Notes under the pieces: model-generated
Database searches by the model: none
What the model was told of the DNA's origin: nothing
Seen by the model: only the letters and a program-made list of their open reading frames with translations
NCBI GenBank assembly: GCA_964417935.1
Contig: CAYQKF010000142.1
Span: 1 to 12,395, forward strand
From: an uncultured Pirellulales bacterium
GTDB lineage: Bacteria > Planctomycetota > Phycisphaerae > Sedimentisphaerales > Anaerobacaceae
DNA length: 12,395 bases
Reading direction: 5' to 3'
Shown: positions 6,666-12,395 of the stretch, one piece after another
Numbering within the stretch: position 1 is the stretch's first letter
Layout: each line of letters opens with the position of its first letter
Position numbers and translations under genes: made by a program

Positions 6666-8615
6666 CACAATTTCTTTTGCCGTTTCTACTATCTTATCGG
6701 CATTTACACCCGCTTCCATAAGTTGCTGCGTCCTGGAATTGTGTCCTATAAATCGCCTCGGCGCACCGAGCAGGCGTATGGCCTTTGGCGAATAGCTCTT
6801 AGTTGCAGCCAATTCGAGCACGGCTGACCCGAATCCACAGGCGCTTGCGTGGTCCTCCACCGTGATTACGCCCTTTCCCTGGTCCAGCAGAGAGACAATC
6901 TTCTCATCGACAGGAGCAGCGAATCGGCCGTTAATCACATCAACCGCGATGCCATCTTCAGCTAACAACTCAGCCGCTCTCAGTGCCTCTGCCAGGACGC
7001 TGCCGTAACTGACAATCGCAACAGCAGATTTTTTCGACCTCTTGACGACCACGCTTTTGCCCAACCTAAACGGCTTGGCACAGGCCCGCCAGACGTATGG
7101 CGGGACAAACTCCTGCTCTGGAACAAAATCCTTCGGATACCTTATAACGACCGGCTTATCCTGGCCCAACGCAAATTCCAGAGCCAGTTTCATTTCAATC
7201 GCATTGGCAGGCCCCGTCAGCACCATATTCGGCATTATCCTCAAAAAACCGATATCCAAAAGCCCGTGATGCGTTGGGCCGTCCGAGCCAACGACCCCTG
7301 CCCTGTCAATGCAGAAAATGACCGGTAGATTTTGCAACGCCACATCCTGGAATATCTGGTCGAAGCTGCGCTGCAAAAAGGTTGAATAGATACAGACCAC
7401 CGGCTTTAAGCCGCTTCTGGCAAACCCTGCTGCAATATCCACAGCCGCACTTTCAGCGATACCCACATCGTAGAACCGCTTGGCGAATCTTTTGCGAAAT
7501 TCACACAACCCCGTTCCGTCACACATCGCTGAGGTTATAGCAACAATTCTATCGTCTTTTTCAGCCAGCTCTGTCAGATGCTCACCGAGTACACTGGTAA
7601 AACTCCGCCTGCTTGAGTCCGAAGGCGATTCAACGGCATCTCCGTTCATCTCGAACGGGCCGGTCGAATGAAATTTGCTGGGGCCTTGGTCGGCCGGTTC
7701 AAAACCTTTGCCCTTCTTTGTATAGACGTGAAGAATTACGGGGTGATTCAGATCGGCCAACGCCTGGAACAATTTTATTAGCGAGCCAATATCATGGCCG
7801 TCAACAGGACCAAAGTACGGAATATCCAGACTCTCAAACATCTGGCTGGCCGGCAGAACCATCCTGATACCTTTCTTAATCCTCTCAATCGCTTCCTCGA
7901 CACTTTTGCCTATAAAGGGCGTATGCTCTAAGATATTTCTGGTCGTCTTGCGCAAATCCTCGTATGTCTGGCTCAGCCGAACTTTGGAAAAGTACTTTGC
8001 CATTGCTCCTACAGTTGCGTCTATTGCCATCGAGTTGTCGTTGAGCAGGATTAGTAATTGCCGCTTGACCAGTCCGAGATTATTGAGTGCCTCAAAAGAG
8101 GTGCCGTTAACGATACTGGCATCGCCGACCATCGCAACGATTCTTGGGAATTTTGAATTTTTTTCAGTTTTAATTCTCAATTCTTCATTCTTAATTCTCA
8201 ATTCTTCTCCTAAAGCCATTCCGATTGCTGTAGCTATCGAGGTCCCGGCATGTCCGACGGCGAACTTGTCATATTCGCTTTCAGCCGGGTTGGGAAAGCC
8301 GCTTATCCCCTCAGGGCGACGAAGATGCTCGAATTTATCTTTCCTTCCGGTGATGATTTTATGTGTATAGCATTGATGGCCGACGTCCCAGAGCAGTTTG
8401 TCCTCTTTGAAATCAAAGACGTAGTGCAATGCAAGTGTCAATTCCACCACGCCGAGGTTGCTCGCCAGATGTCCGCCGGTTTTGCTGACCGAGCCGAGGA
8501 TAAACCGGCGTATTTCTTCGGCCAAAGTTGCCAGTTGAGTTACCGACAGCTTCTTTATATCCGCAGGGCTGTTAACCCCGTTTAGTAACTTCTCTTTTTC
8601 GTCCGATTGCTGCAT
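6645..8615 (-). CDS. dxs: 1-deoxy-D-xylulose-5-phosphate synthase
   Basis: GGHLASNLGVVELTLALHYVFD, GHQCYTHKIITGR, VGDASI...FEALNN (TPP-binding GDG region), and transketolase-like pyrimidine and C-terminal domains. I take the ATG at 8615; the ORF-track start at 8627 is TTG. Confidence 0.9.
   Translation of the reverse strand: MQQSDEKEKLLNGVNSPADIKKLSVTQLATLAEEIRRFILGSVSKTGGHLASNLGVVELTLALHYVFDFKEDKLLWDVGHQCYTHKIITGRKDKFEHLRRPEGISGFPNPAESEYDKFAVGHAGTSIATAIGMALGEELRIKNEELRIKTEKNSKFPRIVAMVGDASIVNGTSFEALNNLGLVKRQLLILLNDNSMAIDATVGAMAKYFSKVRLSQTYEDLRKTTRNILEHTPFIGKSVEEAIERIKKGIRMVLPASQMFESLDIPYFGPVDGHDIGSLIKLFQALADLNHPVILHVYTKKGKGFEPADQGPSKFHSTGPFEMNGDAVESPSDSSRRSFTSVLGEHLTELAEKDDRIVAITSAMCDGTGLCEFRKRFAKRFYDVGIAESAAVDIAAGFARSGLKPVVCIYSTFLQRSFDQIFQDVALQNLPVIFCIDRAGVVGSDGPTHHGLLDIGFLRIMPNMVLTGPANAIEMKLALEFALGQDKPVVIRYPKDFVPEQEFVPPYVWRACAKPFRLGKSVVVKRSKKSAVAIVSYGSVLAEALRAAELLAEDGIAVDVINGRFAAPVDEKIVSLLDQGKGVITVEDHASACGFGSAVLELAATKSYSPKAIRLLGAPRRFIGHNSRTQQLMEAGVNADKIVETAKEIVCSMLDA
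8171..8207. repeat. In-frame ~21-bp tandem duplication inside dxs
   Basis: taattctcaattcttcattct / taattctcaattcttc... It encodes EELRIKN-EELRIKT in a variable loop upstream of the GDG motif. Confidence 0.7.
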
Positions 8616-8956
8616 AATGTTATTCAACCCTTTTCAATCAAGTTTCTAACGAGGCAGATACCTGCAATGAAATCTCAGTATTTTTTAAGAATATTTTAAG
8701 CCCTTTTACTATAGCAGGTTAAGCCGCAAAGTACCATTAAAAAAAGCACTCTTTTTCAGCACAAACACGCAGGCATAAATAGTGAATAATAATTGGTGAA
8801 TGGTGAGTCGTGAACAGTGAAGCCCTTCGACTCAACTCGGGGTAAACTCCGAAGCGTATCTCGTATTGCGTATTGCGAAAGAAAAAAAAGTTGAAGTGTA
8901 AAATTAAGGAGACTTTCGGAGATTGTAATGACCTGATGCGCGAGCGAGATAAGGCT

Positions 8957-8988
8957 CATAGTCCTTTTGATTAGTCAAAAGGACTACG
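8957..8988. repeat. REP-B: palindromic GTAG...CTAC hairpin repeat, copy 1
   Basis: cATAGtccttttgaTTAGtcaaaaggaCTACg, followed by cTTTATAAA. Confidence 0.6.
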
Positions 8989-9133
8989 TGCTTTATAAAA
9001 AACGAACCGATATAGTGTTTGCCGGGCATGCCGTAGCCGCTTTTGGCAATGGCGGTTTGCGGAGAAAGTTTCCATTGAATTAAGAGAGGAAATCGCTAAA
9101 ATGGTGCTTTGATATGGAGATTTGCATTATGAC

Positions 9134-9372
9134 AGTTTGTAGGGTGGGGCTTGCCCCACCGAAAAGCTGAGATCGGAACTGGTCACGTGTAAACGAGCCA
9201 CCAGCGACAAGCGACGAATTTGTATGACTTGGCTTATGTCAATATCGAGTTTGTAGGGTGGGATTATATGTTCATACGAGGTACGCTTCCTTAGCCTGCC
9301 CTGAGCGCAGCCGAAGGGAGATACGAGATACTCGCCATGGATGGCTCAGCCCGCCTATTGATAGAGAATACG
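9134..9372 (+). repeat. R1: 239-bp composite repeat, copy 1, holding one full and one half REP-A
   Basis: Identical base for base to 10875-11113 by manual alignment. Confidence 0.8.
9136..9160 (+). repeat. REP-A: GTAG + 8-bp-stem hairpin (REP-like)
   Basis: tttGTAGggtggggcTTgccccacc. Confidence 0.6.
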
Positions 9373-9473
9373 AAGATTGCAACCAGTTGGGGGCGGAAGA
9401 AAGTTAAGAAGTCAAAATGAAACATTTCAGTAGGCTGTGAAGCAAACAGGATAATATGTATATAGTTCTTTCG

Positions 9474-9493
9474 ATTAGTCATAAGGACTACTT
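9474..9493. repeat. REP-B degenerate half copy
   Basis: gattagtcataaggactact matches the right arm of REP-B. Confidence 0.35.
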
Positions 9494-9542
9494 AAATTTT
9501 CTTGAGATGAGATTAAGCGAGAAATTCAATAGTAAAAATAGA

Positions 9543-9547
9543 AGGAG
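9543..9547 (+). promoter_or_regulatory. Shine-Dalgarno AGGAG for the LuxR-type gene
   Basis: 8 nt upstream of ATG 9556. Confidence 0.6.
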
Positions 9548-9555
9548 TTCAGGTT

Positions 9556-9798
9556 ATGGTTTTTGCTAAAAGACAGTGGGAGTATCTGAGAAAATGTTGG
9601 CATCTAACGCCAAGAGAGATAGAGGTTGCTAAATTGGTATGCAAGGATTTTGATAACGATGAGATCGCCGATAAACTACGTATTGAATACAATACAGTGC
9701 GTGCTCATCTTGGAAATATTTTTCGAAAGGTCGGAGCTAAAGGTAAAGCAAGTGTTATTCTGGAATTTATCAATGTACTACGAAAAGCTAACATTTAG
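9556..9798 (+). CDS. Stand-alone LuxR/GerE-family helix-turn-helix transcriptional regulator (80 aa, no receiver or sensor domain)
   Basis: LTPREIEVAKLV...DEIADKLRIEYNTVRAHLGNIFRKVGA matches the LuxR C-terminal HTH signature. Good SD. Confidence 0.7.
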   Translation: MVFAKRQWEYLRKCWHLTPREIEVAKLVCKDFDNDEIADKLRIEYNTVRAHLGNIFRKVGAKGKASVILEFINVLRKANI

Positions 9799-9862
9799 AG
9801 TGCTTTTTTTCGCTTCTGTTAATTGAAAAAGATGCGATACCAATAAGTTTTTTTTGATATAC

Positions 9863-9896
9863 ACGTAGTCCTTTTGACTAATCAAAAGGACTACGT
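9863..9896. repeat. REP-B: palindromic GTAG...CTAC hairpin repeat, copy 2
   Basis: acGTAGtccttttgaCTAAtcaaaaggaCTACgt is a perfect 15-bp stem. The loop is the complement of copy 1. It is followed by ccTTTATAAA. Confidence 0.65.
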
Positions 9897-10038
9897 ACCT
9901 TTATAAATCGTCGAAGGTTGGGTGTTATGTATGTATAAATTATTATGTATATATATTAAGACTTAGGGTACAGGCAACGGCGAAAAAGGCACTTTCCTTC
10001 CGAGATACGCTCGTGCTACGCAGCGCTTCGCAGAGTAG

Positions 10039-10063
10039 TTTGTAGGGTGGGGCTTGCCCCACC
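10039..10063 (+). repeat. REP-A copy just 3' of the rayT remnant
   Basis: tttGTAGggtggggcttgccccacc, ending 7 bp before the rayT stop. Confidence 0.6.
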
Positions 10064-10069
10064 ATTTTG

Positions 10070-10621
10070 TTATTCTCCAAAAGCATCAATGCCAATTTTC
10101 ATAAAATCCGCAAAATCATTACTTTCGCTGTAAAATCCTTCTCTTAAATATCGGTGATATGATGACCACGGCCAATCTTCAATCCGACGAACCAATCCAT
10201 GCTTGGCCGGATTATAATGGATATAATCGACATGGCACTGAAGGTCATTCTCATCTCGAAGCTGATGTTCCCAAAACCTCCGCTGCCATATAAAAACCTC
10301 TCCTTTGCGTTTTCGAGATTCTGTAACCTGTTTCTTCCGACCAACCGATTGCAAATATTTTTTGCTAAAAATTCCTTTTATCGATGACCATCTTGTCGAA
10401 AAATCCGAATCATCTTCCGGAAGTTTCCATACACAATGCAAATGGTCCGGCAAAAGACAAAATGCAACAGTCTCATAAGGTCGATGTGATTGTGTTTTGC
10501 GAATAGCGTCTCTTAAGCACTGACGTGCAAGCTCCGAATGGAATAACTTGACACGGTTATAGGTAACAACTGTAAAAAAGTAGAATCATCCTTCAAACTT
10601 TGCACGTATGTAATTCGGCAT
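10070..10621 (-). pseudogene. rayT: REP-associated tyrosine transposase (rayT, E. coli YafM type) interrupted by an in-frame TGA at codon 12
   Basis: ATG at 10621 gives MPNYIRAKFEG, then TGA (10586-10588), then in frame FYFFTVVTYNR...LLPDHLHCVW (HUH)...IWQRRFWEH...HVDYIHYNPAKHG (catalytic Tyr)...DWPWSSYHRY. The dxs stop shows TGA is read as a stop in this genome. Confidence 0.7.
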
Positions 10622-10648
10622 AATGACATATCTTATCGACATCGTTTT

Positions 10649-10670
10649 GGTGGGGCAAGCCCCACCCTAC
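10649..10670 (-). repeat. REP-A copy in inverted orientation, 5' of the rayT remnant
   Basis: ggtggggcaagccccaccCTAC is the reverse complement of GTAG+hairpin. It lies 27 bp upstream of the rayT ATG. Confidence 0.6.
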
Positions 10671-10783
10671 ATTTACTACCTTTTAACAATTGCCTGTCTT
10701 AAATCAACATGAAGATTCGTAAAAATCAATCACAACCGCAGGGAAAAACAGCGTTTAGCGTTTAGCGGAGAGCTTATAGATTC

Positions 10784-10801
10784 CTGCTTTCGCAGGAATG
10801 G
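10784..10801. repeat. Hairpin ttcctgcTTTCgcaggaa, a member of the covarying CYGC-TTTC-GCRG hairpin family
   Basis: 7-bp stem, TTTC loop. Compare 12292-12309 and the complementary versions at 12254-12269 and 12379-12394. Confidence 0.5.
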
Positions 10802-10819
10802 CAGCGATATTGCAGGAAT

Positions 10820-10873
10820 TTTCAATCAAAAAACGCTGGTACTTACTTGAAAAGTAAGCAAGGCTAAGCATGG
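10820..10873 (+). repeat. R2: 54-bp direct repeat, copy 1
   Basis: tttcaatcaaaaaacgctggtacttacttgaaaagtaagcaaggctaagcatgg contains hairpin cttacttGAAaagtaag. Confidence 0.7.
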
Positions 10874-10874
10874 T

Positions 10875-11113
10875 AGTTTGTAGGGTGGGGCTTGCCCCAC
10901 CGAAAAGCTGAGATCGGAACTGGTCACGTGTAAACGAGCCACCAGCGACAAGCGACGAATTTGTATGACTTGGCTTATGTCAATATCGAGTTTGTAGGGT
11001 GGGATTATATGTTCATACGAGGTACGCTTCCTTAGCCTGCCCTGAGCGCAGCCGAAGGGAGATACGAGATACTCGCCATGGATGGCTCAGCCCGCCTATT
11101 GATAGAGAATACG
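10875..11113 (+). repeat. R1: 239-bp composite repeat, copy 2
   Basis: Identical to 9134-9372. About 20 bp of diverged similarity continues beyond it. Confidence 0.8.
10877..10901 (+). repeat. REP-A copy inside R1 copy 2
   Basis: tttGTAGggtggggcttgccccacc. Confidence 0.6.
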
Positions 11114-11277
11114 GATATTGGAACTGGCCGGGGATTGATATTGTTGAGATAATAAAAAGTGGTCTGCCTCCGGTTGGCTCCTTATGAGGAAAACCTCCGA
11201 AGGCGGATCAAGCAATTTCAAAAAGTTTAGTCATTACAACTTGGGCTATATTCTTTGTTCTACTCGGCTATGTCGAG

Positions 11278-11550
11278 TTACTTTTTTAACTTCCGGCTCA
11301 TTGCTTTGTTGACCGATTTACTGTCAACTTTGACATTTGCTACGGATCGACCGTATGTATCTCGTGCAACTGTATCGATCTGGACTTTCTTTCCTTGAAT
11401 AAGATTCCTCAGAGCTTGTGTAGCTTTAGTCGAACCAGGTTTTCCTTTTTCCGGTGCGTTGACATTTGCCAAACGCACTGGGTGCTTACGTGAACTTGTC
11501 TCAAAAGTATCACCATCGATCACTCTTTTTACGTTTTCTTTTCGAGCCAT
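11278..11550 (-). CDS. Minimal staphylococcal-nuclease (SNase/thermonuclease)-fold protein, 90 aa
   Basis: VIDGDTFE, VRLANVNAPE and RDTYGRSVANV...VNKAM align to the SNase IDGDT / RLLLVDTPE / DKYGRGLAYI...VNEAL core. ATG at 11550. Weak SD. Confidence 0.6.
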   Translation of the reverse strand: MARKENVKRVIDGDTFETSSRKHPVRLANVNAPEKGKPGSTKATQALRNLIQGKKVQIDTVARDTYGRSVANVKVDSKSVNKAMSRKLKK

Positions 11551-11962
11551 AATAAAAGCCTTTCAAAATTCAACTTTAATAAAACATTTGCAGGGGACCA
11601 ATAGAAATGCTAAAATACTGATCCAACTGATTCGCTTTCAACAGTTTGGATTGCTGGCGGCAAAACTTACCCTTTTGTCGTCAGCTTTTATTATGTGGAG
11701 GGCTTTTGTTTTTTCTGAACATTTTGATCTCCTTATCAAATTAATACCAAAGGGCTCTAATGCCGTTGCTCTCTATCCTCCAGTCTTTTGCGACCAGACC
11801 TCCTAATCGAATCTTGGTCAAATGGAATTATTCTTGGGAATTTAAGATTGTTCTCACTTCGCCGAAAGTATCCTACTAAACCAGCTGTCTTTTAAACAAA
11901 CACTTATCTAATTTTTTGGCATCGACTCTTTCATTTTACGTACCCGACTCTTACGCCTAATG

Positions 11963-12015
11963 TTTCAATCAAAAACGATGGTACTTACTTGAAAAGCAAG
12001 CAAGGCTAAGCGTGG
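11963..12015 (+). repeat. R2: direct repeat, copy 2 (3 substitutions and a 1-bp indel)
   Basis: tttcaatcaaaaacgatggtacttacttgaaaagcaagcaaggctaagcgtgg. Confidence 0.7.
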
Positions 12016-12219
12016 CGGAAGGGCAGTTTTGTGCGTTAAGATATGTAAAAATCCGCAATTTTTCGCACAAAAGAGCGGGTACCTCAGAGCAAAAATCAAA
12101 ATTTTCAAAATTTCTTAACTGTCTTCTTAACATCGAGTTACGAGCGACGTGCGACGAGAGACGGTTATATTTTCGCATCAAAAACGCAGGTAGCTCTAAT
12201 TATAGGGGGAGGCATTAGT

Positions 12220-12270
12220 TAATTAGTTCCTGTTGCGGAAACAGCATTTGTCATTCCCGCGAAAGCGGGA
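12220..12270 (+). repeat. R3: 51-bp repeat, copy 1, holding two hairpins
   Basis: taattagttcctgttgcggaaacagCatttgtcattcccgcGAAAgcggga. Confidence 0.7.
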
Positions 12271-12291
12271 ATCCAGCTTTTTCGCTCTGGA

Positions 12292-12309
12292 CCCCTGCTT
12301 TCGCAGGGG
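12292..12309. repeat. Hairpin cccctgcTTTCgcagggg between the R3 copies
   Basis: 7-bp stem, TTTC loop. Same family as 10784-10801. Confidence 0.5.
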
Positions 12310-12344
12310 TGACATCGTCGATTTTCGTTTTCCGCAACAGATAC

Positions 12345-12395
12345 TAATTAGTTCCTGTTGCGGAAACAGTATTTGTCATTCCCGCGAAAGCGGGA
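12345..12395 (+). repeat. R3: 51-bp repeat, copy 2, cut by the window end
   Basis: Identical to copy 1 apart from one C/T difference. Period 125 bp. Confidence 0.7.

Noticed and set aside
2397-8627. ORF-track N-terminal extensions (flotillin 2397, NfeD 3076, secreted protein 5379, dxs 8627, rayT 10453)
   Set aside because: The listed first codons are TTG and the encoded M is an artefact of the track. Downstream ATGs with AGGAG-type SD fit the signal peptide and homologue N-termini better.
9775-9812. Possible intrinsic terminator after the LuxR-type gene (gaaaagc...gcttttttt)
   Set aside because: The stem is AU-rich and uses the U-tract as its 3' arm, so it is too weak to call.
10586-10588. 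In-frame TGA in rayT as recoding (TGA=Gly/Trp alternative code or selenocysteine)
   Set aside because: dxs (6645-6647) and other genes end on TGA at positions that fit full-length homologues, so TGA is a stop here. No SECIS-like context was evaluated. A nonsense mutation (pseudogene) is the simpler reading, and a sequencing error cannot be excluded.
9291-11187. ORFs 9291-9482(-) and 10999-11187(+) inside the R1 repeat copies
   Set aside because: They differ between the two identical copies only through flanking sequence, lack SD, and their translations have no family resemblance. Both are probably non-coding repeat sequence.
12216-12395. Considered R3, or the REP-A units, as a CRISPR array
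   Set aside because: Only two R3 copies are visible and their period is 125 bp, against about 60-75 bp for CRISPR. The intervening DNA is itself hairpin repeats and not unique spacers. REP-A spacing is irregular, and no cas genes are present.
1-12395. tRNA, rRNA, tmRNA, RNase P, SRP RNA, group II intron and hammerhead motifs
   Set aside because: I scanned by eye for the conserved cores (GGTTCGA T-loop, RNase P GGAAAGTCCGG, tmRNA 3' end, domain V, CUGAUGA...GAAA) and none were present. The structured repeats are better explained as REP-type elements.

Overview
This 12.4-kb bacterial window (about 45% GC, standard code, TGA used as a stop) splits into two parts. Positions 52-8627 are a coding-dense block entirely on the minus strand: a Y1/HUH-transposase element bracketed by perfect 19-bp inverted repeats, a flotillin gene preceded by its NfeD partner, an orphan secreted TPR-type protein, nadK and dxs. 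Positions 8630-12395 are a gene-poor 3.7-kb island packed with repeats. It holds a decayed REPtron: an E. coli-type rayT with an in-frame TGA at codon 12, flanked by inverted GTAG+hairpin REPs. It also holds extra REP copies, a second palindromic GTAG...CTAC repeat family, an identical 239-bp repeat pair, a 54-bp direct-repeat pair around a minimal SNase-fold nuclease gene, a stand-alone LuxR-type HTH gene, and a 51-bp repeat pair plus a hairpin family with compensatory stem changes at the 3' window edge. Imperfect heptanucleotide tandem tracts recur in both coding and noncoding DNA. I found no rRNA, tRNA or CRISPR array. Several ORF-track starts are TTG-initiated extensions, and I moved those to ATG codons that have Shine-Dalgarno sequences.
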